Shown here one piece after another: positions 27,401 to 38,685 of a DNA stretch of 64,000 nt. The stretch spans positions 15,624,001 through 15,688,000 of the forward strand of contig OZ281497.1 in assembly GCA_965637545.1 (NCBI GenBank). Direction: 5' to 3'. The notes under the pieces were generated by a model. It did not search any database. It was given only the letters and a program-made list of their open reading frames with translations, and was not told the origin of the DNA. Positions within the stretch are counted from its first letter, which is position 1. Every line of letters begins with the position of its first letter. Position numbers and translations under genes: made by a program. Source of the stretch: Phallusia mammillata. Lineage: Eukaryota.

Positions 27401-30400
27401 TTTGCGAGTGACGTGTGCGGGATAACGGATGTATGACGTAGTGCTGATGACGTGTTTCTTTCCCCTGTCTTGGGTTTCCTCTGTGACCCAACACATGGGT
27501 CACCAAGTAAAGGTTATTTTTCCGTATACTATTTACGCCAGGCCTATTAAAGCCGTTTTACCGAATCAAGCCGGTCACCCAAGCATTCCAATATGTCAAG
27601 GCATAGGCAAAAAAATCTAGCCTGAGGTGGGGTTACACCTCAGGACTGGAAACTTTCCTGGACTCGCGCTATACCGACTGAGCTGAGCTACACATGTTTG
27701 GGACGCGGGCTTGATTCACGCTTTTAATAGTTATAACAATCATTCTTTACCAACTTCGTACCACCTATTTTCCTTTGCCACCTTTCATAATGCTGCTTAA
27801 AATGCAACTATGGACAAGTCATTTGATCACGTGGTCATATACCGTAACATTTCAGCGACGAGCGCAAGAATTTGCTGACGCGGCAATACAGCGTGGTGCC
27901 CGTATACGAGACGGTCAGCAATACCCAGAAACAACGGCGCCTGTCGACCAAAAGCGCCCCACCCACCCCTGCACCGCAGACCACCACCTTCCAGGGTTGT
28001 AGGTCGGTTTGTGCGCATGCGCAGTGTGCCTGTCACGTGATAAGCTTGGCGATTTTGATCCATCGTCGCCATTTGCCGCGTGACTGCTTGTCATCTGCAT
28101 GACTTACGCATATATGTTACATCAAGAATCAGTATGTTTTGCAATACTCACAAAATTTATGTATGGTCAATCATGTGTACCTGTCCAATTAAAACTATAC
28201 CAACAGCGCTTTTAGCACAATATCTGTTCCCGAGCACCAATAATTTAAAATGTTGTCATGTCCTATGGTAAACTTCTTAAAAATCGCTGCTTCCCGAACT
28301 CTTAACGGTGTTGTATGCTGGTGGTGCGAGACACGTGCAATTAACACAAGTGTTAGCCCTGGCTTTTCCACTAACACGCAGCGGAGGAAAAACACAACCG
28401 AGCAATCCGAGTTCGCCAGACGACAACCCACCCGTCTCCGCGGCGCCACCTAGCAGAAGATTGACTGCGCGCAGCTATACAGAATCCTACTTCGATATTC
28501 TGCCCAACACCAAAACGTCATCCGCCCAAACGACCGTGACGTCACCTGGGGGTCAGAGTTCAACCGGCACGTCGATTTCACATCCTTATGTGTCGAGATA
28601 TCAGATGCGTCAGTATCATCAGGTAGGCTTTGACAGTTTAAAGGCACCTTTTCGATTTCAAAAACATAGATCATCCTATAAAAGCTGCACCAAACCATCC
28701 AATCTAAACGTTTCTGTTTTCTTGCTCAGTGAATTGTTTCAAGACAATGGTTGCGCTCATTATCTGTGTTGCAGATTGAAAACAAATAAGTTCCTTTTTT
28801 AATGAATTTTTCGTGGGTTTATTTTTTACAATCACGGTTGAACTTTACCTGACTCTTGAATTTTAACGATTTATTTGCTCATTTTTTTACTCACAGGAGC
28901 ATTATCCCATGCACAGACCTCTCCAACACTCAACAAGTCACCCGATTTCTAATTCGAGCAGTCGATCAAAAAGGTAACACACGAAATCATACTGAGCTGC
29001 CACATTTATTATTTTTGCAGGAAAATCTGTTCTTTATGTTTTTCAGGCCTAATGAAAAAAATCAGCATGTTATATTTCTTTTTTCCTTCTTTCTATATTA
29101 ACTGCATGCGGTGCCAGTACTTATAGTTTGCGTTTATAGCGTGATTTTTCTATACAACAATCCCCACGGGCAAAACTGATGGTCAACCTCAAAAATTGAT
29201 TAATTTTTCATGTTCAATTTTAAGCGAGGCATTTTCATGTTTAACATGTATTTCATCCTTCAGATTTTCTGGTGACAAAGACACGAGCAAGGAACACGTT
29301 GCAGCGGAATGCGCCGAACATTATTTCTTGGACGTTATTTTAGCCAGACAGGTAATGGTAATTTTGAAAAAATGTCTGTGGTTTTGCGCAAAGTTCGCTC
29401 TGGGTTCGATATATTTTTGTGGTTAGAAGTATGCGTTAGACTTAGAGCTACGTTCGAACTCAAAGACATCGACAGCTTGTCTGAGATGTAGCAAACTGCC
29501 TTTAAATCGTTTTTATGTGTCCAACTAAGTGACATTAATCCTACATGTTGTTGCTAGAATACTTTCGCAGTAATTTAACTTTCAACGGTTAATTCAGCTT
29601 TTTTCTGAGATATATATTAAGATCATACACCTTCGCGGGTCGTAGTTTGGTGACCCCTGCTTTAAATCAGGGAGTCGAACCGGAACTGAACCCGAACCCG
29701 CGAACCGGTTTGAGCGGTTAATTTCATTAAACCCGAACCGAACCCGAACCGCTAATTACGATTTTCTAAAAACCCGAACCGGAGTTGAACCCTATATTTT
29801 GTTTGGCGTTGGACCCGAACCGGAACTGAACCAGTAAAAAATACAGTCTGTTTTATATTTTGTGATTTTTTTTCAAAACAGCGCACTTAAGAATACGCAA
29901 GATAACACTTATACGGCGTGTCAAAAATAACAGTGCACGGTTAAAAATCTTGTGGGGTGTGATAAGGCCAGGAAGATGATAGGTAGAATTAAATTGAAAC
30001 GAATGAAAATTTGAACCGGTTTAAAAACCGCAAACCGGTTCGGACCGGATAATTTGCCCAAACCGGAACAAAACCCGAACCCGAAAATATACATTTTTAA
30101 AAACCTGAACCGAACCCGAACCCTTTAAAACAAAACGAAGTGAACCCGAACCGAACCTGAACCCGTATGACAAGCGGTTCGACTCCCTGCTTTAAATGTT
30201 TGCGAAGGGTTGCTAAACAAAGTTTTTGTTTCCTTTAAAATGTTTGCAAAAATTCAGTTAAAAGCAACACTTACACTTATGTGTTTTCGCCATTTATCCC
30301 TTACTTCGCGCCATTTTGTCAAAGTGGTTTAATCTCTGTCAAGTGTTTGTGCGTTAAATCAGGCACGTAAGATGATGAGCGATCATCGACTTCACGATCT

Positions 30401-33400
30401 TGGAACATTTGCAGCTTGTGTCAACTTTCAACTTGTACCATGGCTCCGTAAAGAACGCGGCAGAGCCTGCAGGTAATTGAACTTTTTTCTTCAACTGTTG
30501 AATTTTTCTGTGGTAAAAACAGCTACTGTATTTAATACCCCGCCTCTGCCGTTTGTTGTTTCCCCAGCAAATATTAAAAAAAATATGTTTTTTCAATAGA
30601 ACTGCTATGAAAAATTTAACTTGACAACAAACCACGATAGTTTTGTTTTGATTGAGATGATACAAGTCGTATCTTTCAAACAACTAAAACAAAAAATATG
30701 TTTTTAGGGAATCAAATTAAATTTTAGTACCTGCTGTATAGAATCGGTTTAAAAACTAACTAACGAGAAATTTTCTTATACCCCGAAATCTATGTAGTAT
30801 CATTAATTCCAAAATTAAAATCCATTTGTTTGCGTATCATATCACGTTGCAATATGCACTCATGGTTATTATTATTACGCGTAATTACCAATCCCCATTT
30901 TGTTTTGCATACATAGGATTGATGACGCAGTTTTGTGCCTGAAAACGTTGCATTCCGATTTTTCCTGGCCCTACCCGAGCTTTTTCTCAAGCAAACCAAC
31001 TCGTGGTAGCAACAGTAGTGGTAAGTTGATATGTGTTGGCTGCTTTGCATACAAGTTGGAGAAGAAAATTGAAAACTGCCCGTTCGTCTGTGACCCGCAA
31101 TAATGGTTGTTAACTCGCTAAGCGCTTTTGGAAGTTAACCTTTTCAGCGTCTGGCCAGTCCGGATGTGTTTTTCTGTTTTTTGCCAAAAGCATTTACCTT
31201 CGCCTTTCGGTGCAAAATATTTACCAAAAGTTAAACTCAAGTCTTTCGTGGTTGGCAAAAGATCGGTAACCTTTTATCTCTTATATTGCCTAACTCAATA
31301 TGTTTAATTGTTGCCATGGTGTTTTTTAGCTGAAAAATATCACAAGTTATAAACTTATTGTAAACAAAAATGCTATCACATTAACAAAACATTAGATTTG
31401 TGTATCGCTTGGGATTGACTAGCCCAGCCAATACGTTGTGTAGACTGTAGAGCAGGGGTCGCCAACCTTTACGACTCAAAGAGCCACTCGGACTAGTTTC
31501 ACGTGGTAAAAAAACACTGGGAGCCACAAAGCCGTTTTAAAATTTAAAATAAAATGCAAAACGTTTTTAGTTTTATGACATTCGACTTTTTGTTGTTAGC
31601 TAGTGTTTCATTGCATATTAGACACACTGGTATAACAGTGTCGTCAGCAGAGAAAGCAACTTTACGTAGCGCTGCATATTCTCTTTTTGCAGATTTGTAT
31701 TCCTTTGTTAACGCGTTTGTTGCATAACAATTGACAAACAGCTATTGTTTCGCGCGCTCACACACTGCAAACAAAAACAGTATTGTCTCATATTGCGTAT
31801 TAACCTGCGCTTGCCACTTTCAGGCTTGGTTTGATGGTATAGAGATGGGTTGCAGGTGACTACAACAAGCGAGTACAGTTATGCTACTGCACTTCAATTT
31901 TCGTGTTCGACTTTTGTGTTCGGCATAATCGACACATAATTTTTGTTCAAATGTACAACATTTGGTAAATTCAAAAACTGAGCCGCATCAGAGGGATCGA
32001 AGAGCCGCATGCGGCTCCGGAGCCGCGGGTTGGCGACCCCTGCTGTAGAGCAACATTATTTTTAAGTTTGCTGCTTTGAAGATCTTCACCAAAAATGCCT
32101 TCAACATCGCAAAGTGCTGAGTAAATGTTCAAAAAATGACTTATAGCGCAAAACTTTACATACACATAATCCTCGGTGCTGGGTCAATATCACACAGTCT
32201 ACTAATAATGCGACCATATTGAACACAGGTGGAACACCTTCCCATTCTCGTTCGTTCAACGATCTTGGCTCCCTACAGAGTCGTTTAGCGGCAATGGAAG
32301 TTCAACAACCGATGTCGCCTTCACGATCAACAAATTTCGACAATGTTATACCAAGAACGCGAAACCCAGGTTAGTGTTATACTGTGTACCCGTGTCTTTC
32401 AGATTTGAAAACGATGTGTTTTTTTATTTAAGTCTACGCACAGACTTCGTTACATGAAGCCCAAAACCTCAGTTTAGAGTCCGACTCTTGCTGATTTATA
32501 TTCATATTTTAACTACGTTCTTAGGTTTTGGATATTTATAGGACTTAAATTTAGCTACAGTGTGATGACTAATTGATAGGATAAAAAGAAGAAACTTTGA
32601 CCTTTGCAAGAATCTTGTTCAAGTTAGCAGGACACAGTGGTGAAATAAAAACCTATACGATGCAGAATATGACAGTTTTGAAGTGACTAGTTTGTGGGTC
32701 ACTACTATAGTCATACTCTCGTCATCTGACTGTAAAATCCTGTTTCATGGTTCTTCATAAAACTTACAATTTACACCACAACAACATTTACAGGGCTGAA
32801 GTTTTCAAATTTACCGAACAACTCCCCCAAGCGTCACACCCTCCATCTCGACAACGTAAGTTTAGGCACCGATGAAGACGGCACAGGCGGCAGCGGCGTT
32901 TTAACGGTCCTGTCGGCGAGGGAAACTGGTTCAACTTTAACACTCACCACAGTGGCTTCGGAAATGTCTGAAGTATCTGAATCCAGTTTAACAATGGACG
33001 ATTCGAGTTTCGGTGCAACCACTGAAGATATGTATGGATTTATGATGAACGGGACGGGCTTGGATGACAAGAGAGGACCTGCGCGCTGTGAAATGAAATT
33101 ACAGTAAGTTTTGTTGCTGTTTGTTGTTAAGGTCTCACAAGCTCGATGTTTTTGCAATTTGTCAGCAACAAATAATAGCGAAATTACGCAAACAGTAATA
33201 TTGGGGTTTGGGCTGAAATGAAGTTAAGCAGAAATGAATCGTTGTCGCATAAAGAAGTTGCAGTTTTTGATAAAACACATCGAATACTTTTGTGAACATT
33301 CTTGTTTTTTGCAAACCTGAGAGAACTTAAACTTACTTTTTAACTGAACGATATTATTCATGAATGTTTCAAAAACGTGTAGTATTCCTGAAAAACTTCT

Positions 33401-35265
33401 GCGCTTGTGTAAAACTCTGTGGGCCTAATAACGTTGCTTTCCATAGATACCTTTTGGAGTTGTTTCTTGAAGCGTTGTGTTTGGAGTGGGCGACCATCCT
33501 ATGTCTAATGTTGCGAGATCCCTCCCACCTTGCAAGGCTGGTTCGTGCCGCGAAACTTGCCGACCCCAACACGTCACATGATGACGTAGTGCCACTCGAC
33601 ACTCTTCAACGAACACGTGACTGTCTGACGCAGATTGACAAGTGGGCTGTCACCGAATGGTAAGTTACTCACATATCTTTGTCATTCACGTTTCAGCAAG
33701 ACGTGACTGTTGGGTTTACGCTGTATAAGAGGTCAATACCGGTCTGTGAAGACTTTATACGGCAGGTTTAACTGTTTCATCGGTATGTAAGGGTCTGCTA
33801 TGAAAAGGGGTACCTTGTTTCCTTGCATTTTGTGTGTCTAACGGTGGTCATCTCGCTTGTCAGGATAGAAGTATGAAAAATTTTGCAAAATTTTTATGAT
33901 TAGTATAACTTGTGCGCCGTAAGCTGGCCATCGGATAAACCAATCAGCTTAAAAAAGTAAAATTCTATATAAATAGAAAAAAAGAACGATATTGTTGTCA
34001 TTCAACTACAATGTACTTTTAGTGCCGGTTACAAAGCGGTGCTTCTCCACTCCCGAAATCACCTCCAGGAGCTTTATGACGTCATTAACGACCGCGAGGT
34101 GGCGCATGCCGAGCAGCAGGCGATCGTTGCTAAGCAACAGGTAACGCAACTTTTAAATACTGTCCCTGAAGTTTTAAAACCTAAACTTACAACACGTAAA
34201 TTTAACACAGGTCTCTGGCAGTCAAACAACCGTTCCAGTATCGAACATCAGCATTGACCGGAATGTTTGGGCAACTAGCACACAAACCAATGCTACTGTT
34301 GCCACAACTACCACCGCCACAATTTCTGTGAAGGTGATGTTTACACGTGTTTATTAAATTTTTGTGCAAATTTGCATTATTCACGTTCTTAGTGCGCAAG
34401 GAAAACATTGCTGCGCATAACATAAAGTCGAAAAAAGTGTACAAATCGAAGGCTGCTCATGGTAGCCATCAGTGTACTCAGTACGCTGGTGTGCATTTCC
34501 AAAAACAACATGCGTTACCTTACAGCCAAGCTTACAGAACTTACAAGTTCCTTAACACTCGCATCTCTTACACAGAGAGCACGGATTTTGTCCCTTAGTT
34601 ATAGTGAGACAAGCTGTTTTTTTCGGAAACTTGATCTAGCGATTATATATTTTTTGTGGCAACGCGCTGACAGTACACACTGTTATAAAAGTTTTGATTT
34701 AAAAGAAACACTTTGAACTAGCATTTTTCCTGAAAAGAATGCGCAATGTGTGTCGAACAAACACGAAAAATCCTCATTGTGATTGCAACAAATGTAACAG
34801 TGTTTACCGATGCAGCGGAAAATAGCGACACCTGGTGGAGCGCAACAACTAACAGACCTCGGGGAAGTCCCTTCAGTAAACGGAAATCTAAGCTCCGATT
34901 CTGAATTAGAAGAAGATGAAACGGACAGTGTACGTTCAGTGACCACAGCATCAACCACACAAGAAAGGACTCGACATTGCAGTGAGCCATGTGACACCAC
35001 GAACGACCAATCAGCTGTGGGCACGTCGCACTCACGAACACCATCGTCTCCAGCAAAACTCGGTTCGTCGACTCCTATCCTTGTTGAAGACGGTGATCTA
35101 CGTTTTGTTCCTGAGGAGGAGTTAGGAACGCTTGAACCTTTAAATATTGAGGAACGAGAGGAGGAGAATGATGGAGTGAATGGAGAAGGGGATGAAAATA
35201 GTGAGATGTATGATTCGGATGAATACGCAGATTCGCAGGATGACTCAGCATGTACGGTGTCGTGA
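15420..35265 (+). CDS. RIC1: RIC1 / KIAA1432, RAB6A GEF complex partner 1 (Ric1-Rgp1 complex), ~33 exons
   Basis: The N-terminus [11 protein letters not shown]...FAVL...SIWHCR|PCVEIV...[13 protein letters not shown] matches the RIC1 family start. Other conserved blocks: [112 protein letters not shown]. The last exon 34816-35265 ends DSACTVS*. A few internal boundaries (32.2 kb and 34.3-34.8 kb) are uncertain. Confidence 0.95.
16242..16753. mobile_element. hAT MITE family A (copy 3) in RIC1 intron 3
   Basis: Termini TAGAGATG...CACCTCTA, perfect TSD ggtaaaac (16234-16241 and 16754-16761). It is homologous to the reverse complement of 996-1473. Confidence 0.88.
20262..21196. mobile_element. 935-bp non-autonomous hAT element in a RIC1 intron
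   Basis: Perfect 23-bp TIR TAGGGATGTTCAAAGTAGAATAA, perfect TSD gatgtgat (20254-20261 and 21197-21204), GGATTCGAAT subterminal repeats. No transposase ORF. Confidence 0.93.
24117..24396. mobile_element. Short hAT MITE related to family A (degenerate left end)
   Basis: Right terminus GTTCGATGCATCACTA and ttcggtttcg/ccgaa repeats near both ends. No TSD found. Confidence 0.55.
25071..25253. mobile_element. Decayed Charlie-type MITE remnant
   Basis: CAGTGCTCCTTAAAG...CAGGTTAAGAACCCCCAG resemble Charlie termini. The TSD is not matched. Confidence 0.4.
27618..27693 (-). pseudogene. tRNA-derived sequence (tRNA pseudogene or SINE head) in a RIC1 intron
   Basis: The minus strand reads tagctcagctcagtcggtatagcgcg (A-box/D-arm like TAGCTCAGTCGGTAGAGCG) ... 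gtcctgaggtgtaaccccacctcaggcta (degenerate T-arm region), followed by a T run. The acceptor stem and TTC motif are not intact. Confidence 0.45.
29630..29659. mobile_element. Isolated 3' terminus of a Charlie-type element
   Basis: cgcgggtcgtagtttggtgacccctg matches the typical Charlie end. It abuts the TSD of the next element, and no matching 5' end was found. Confidence 0.5.
29668..30189. mobile_element. hAT MITE with dense GAACCC/CCGAA repeats
   Basis: Perfect TIR CAGGGAGTCGAACCG...CGGTTCGACTCCCTG, perfect TSD ctttaaat (29660-29667 and 30190-30197). Confidence 0.93.
31453..32042. mobile_element. hAT (Charlie/SPIN-like) MITE
   Basis: TIR CAGGGGTCGCCAACC...GGTTGGCGACCCCTG, subterminal GAGCCGCATGCGGCTC palindrome, perfect TSD ctgtagag (31445-31452 and 32043-32050). 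Confidence 0.93.
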
Positions 35266-36132
35266 AGTAGGTGATGTTAAAATTTGTTTTAAACTTCCAA
35301 ATGGAAGAGACGCACGTTGGTTTGTGTCAATTCACACATCACGCATCCACTTTATTCAGTTGCGTTTCAAAAAAATACGACGTATGCTCGTGTCTCTAGT
35401 CGTGTAAACGTGGACTAAACCACCAAGTTGTTTTGAAGTTCGTTGCACTACCGCCTTGCTGGACGAAAAAGCTACCTATTCGAATATACTTTGTCGAGGT
35501 AACCAGACTATTCAAGTTTTGCAATGTCAATTTAGACAGCCTGAAGTACGCGGTACCCAAGCCTTTATTGTTTCTTTGTACGATTTAATGTAAATGTTTG
35601 TGGCAAACGCTATGGTCTCTGGAAATAACACAACAACAATCTCTTTAAAATTTCTGTTTATTAGCTATCTGGTCGTGCAGACCGACAGCATATTTTCTTA
35701 ATGATCAACCGTTCAACGTTGAGGCGACTGTGGTCTCACTGCAGCACACGTCTCTCGCACTTAAACCTGTTTGTGTTACACGTTCACCTTGCAATGCTTG
35801 CGTGTCCACATGTGGTCGGTGCTCGCCCTATCCATACTTGCGCGTTGATGAGCACTTGCCTTTCTAGTAGTTGATATATTAGTAATAGGTAATAGTGGCT
35901 AGCGCCGTGCTGCTGCTTATACATTCGTTTGTCTCACGTCAAATAGTCCAGCAAGCACTTCGACAACATTTAAATACAAATGACTTTAGTAAACGTTTCA
36001 CGCTAAGTAAAGATGCCAAAGTTTGTTATGTTGTACTGTGTTAACATATGTTTTGGGCTTTTCCCCAAACTTGATGATGGTGTTTCCTGGTTTCGCACCG
36101 CATGTGTCTAAAATAACTCTTTTTTATTTAAA

Positions 36133-36146
36133 AATAAAAAAATAAA
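36133..36146 (+). terminator. Candidate RIC1 polyadenylation signals (tandem AATAAA)
   Basis: aataaaaaaataaa ~870 nt after the RIC1 stop, in an AT-rich patch. Confidence 0.35.
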
Positions 36147-37105
36147 ATGATTTTATTATTTAAATATAAATGAGATGAATGATTGTAAACTAATCAAATC
36201 TTTTTTTGTATGTGCCATATTGATGTTGTGATGGATTTTTCACACGAGTCCGTTAAGTTGCATTATATGTTGTGCGTTAAAGTGTTTGGAACGTTGTGTG
36301 TATTTGGTGCTCTCCATATGTGGCGCGACACATACACTAGTGTACAAATAAGTTCCAAGAACAAATACCAACCCCCCACTAGTGATGTTTTGTTGACGAC
36401 CTACAATTTTAGAGTATCTATGTGTTAGCTGGGGGCAATCAAGTATGGAAAAGTTCAATAAATCGCCTTGAAAATGGTCTTGTTTTTTTTAACCTATAAC
36501 GAACTCGAATTATAAGTTCTTGTAAAAACAGTTACAAAATAAGTGAAATATATACTCTATGCTGAAATAAATTTTAGGGAGCCAGTTATCTTTGTGTTTT
36601 CTTCCAAAACTCAACCGTATATTAACGGTTTCTGATCCGCTATTGCAGCAATTTTATTTTCGGTTTACTTTGACGGCACCACGTAGTTCGTGAATCGCTT
36701 TTTTGCTTAAAGTACCCGCTGGTTTTACGTGCGCCCAACTCGTGTGGTGAATATATTTATTGTCGTTGCGTGAACTGTTTGCTCCGTGCAATGTCGCTTT
36801 TTGACCGCAACCCTATTGTGGCCTCGTGTCTATTAGTTCGAACATTCATATTCCCGTTGTGCTCGTTACAGCGCGATTAAAAATCTTCATACTTCGTCGA
36901 CAACACATTTTTATATGTTGGTCAGTTAAGTTGAAAGTTTTATAATTACTGCCTCGTGCAATCACCTGTTTGTGATTGGGTGATCTCTCTTTTTTGATTT
37001 TTTTATTATTTGTACCTTAAGGTTTAAATTTACCTAGCTGACTCCGTTTGATAAACGCTCATGTTACTTGTAGTTTTTGCCAAGCAAGTTTTAGTTGGGC
37101 TAAAT

Positions 37106-37399
37106 CAGTTGGTCTCAACCTGTGGTACATGTACCACCAGTGGTAGCTACACCGGACATTTTCAGGTTGTACGCGAGTAGCTTTATTTCAAAAAGAATTG
37201 CAACTGCACTGACCCAACGGACCAGTCTTAGCTTGGGACGAAACTCATGTTTTGGATATTCTTCTAAAATTACTTTTTGCTGGTTTTAGAAATATTTTAG
37301 CCTGGTCGAAAACATAGAATTGGTCTACCTATTCCAACTGTTTAGGTGTTACGCAGCAATAGAAAAAGCCGCCAGGTGGTATAAGGTTGAGAACCACTG
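37106..37399. mobile_element. hAT (Charlie/Buster-type) MITE
   Basis: Termini CAGTTGGTCTCAACC...GGTTGAGAACCACTG, perfect TSD ggctaaat (37098-37105 and 37400-37407). Confidence 0.9.
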
Positions 37400-38685
37400 G
37401 GCTAAATAAATTATGTTCGTTTTAAAATGGCGGTCCAGAAGCTGTTATTCAGACGCAGCATCCTAAAACCTCCTATGCGGGGTTTTGCAAAAATCGTTTC
37501 AGCAACTTGTTGGAAACCAGATCCATCAACATGCCAAGTATATTACCGAGAATAAATAACTTTTTTGTAAATTTGGAATTTACGTAAAATTAGCGTAATG
37601 CTTTACTTGTAAAAAGTATTTTAAACTTTGGCCGGCCTTTCGACTTTTATCGTTTTGTGGGAAGGCACAATGATCGTTCATAACCGTTTATGACCTGAAT
37701 TTTGCCAAATCTCACTGGCATGGGCAAATTCCTGGAAACCGAAAAGTGACATTAATCTTTCCCAAAACGGGGGTATTTTCTGTGGTGTAATTATTCAATT
37801 ACATTAAATTGCAATTACGGACCATAAAGATTATTTCTGTGTCGATTATCAAATGTTAATGATACTAGCCGAAATTTTCAGTTCATTTTTAGCGTAACTT
37901 TCATTCCAAAATACTTCATGCCACTCCAAGAACCCTACAAAGAACACACGAACAGATCATCCGATTTCGATTTAATTGCACGGACGTTCAAGAACAATCT
38001 CGAATGATACCGGCTTGGGTAGCCGTTATGTATATGATGACAGCGAGGTTTGCAACGTACAACAAAATCTGAAGCTCTTACTGGAAACCGTATAGAGCAG
38101 AAGTGCACTTGGCGCGACATATATGACGATTTCTAACACAAAACGGACGCAAGAATATATCTGGACACTGGAACAGACACATGGAACAAGAAAACGAACA
38201 ATAAACTACGTAAAACATGTAAGGGCAAGTAAACACCACAGTCTTAGGCTGCAGAAATAGACTATTACTTTGGAGGCTCGGCCTACCTTGGAATAAAAAT
38301 TATAGTTAGTGTTATCATATATGCTGCATATGGTGCAGGTTATGTTGAATTCAGTCATGGAGCATTTCTGGTGTTTGCACCAAATAGGAAAAATACTCTG
38401 CTGTCGTCTGTAAGGCGCCCGACAAATAAACAACACAAAAAAATAAAACAAAGGCAAGAAACAAAAAGTGAACGTAAAAGTATAATTTAAAGAAAGTAAA
38501 AAAGGAAAAATCGAACGAAAACGCATAGCAAACGTGTAACACTGATGCGATATCGCCCCATGAGCAAGAATGCTCCTTCTTTTGCAAATTGCTTTTTCGC
38601 ACTTGTCGGCATGACAACAGTTCGCACCGCAGAGGGGGCAGTTGGCGAGTTTTGCACCTTTGAGGAGTTGCTGACTGCGCTGCTC

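Noticed and set aside
32562-32730. Intronic C/D-box snoRNA candidate (GTGATGA...CTGA), and similarly 5820-5883
   Set aside because: No terminal stem, no C'/D' boxes and no recognisable rRNA-complementary guide.
34347-34716. Coding-looking ORFs between the last two RIC1 exons as an alternative terminal exon
   Set aside because: The phases of the available acceptors do not match the upstream phase-0 donor, whereas the 34816 acceptor does. Left as intron pending RNA data.
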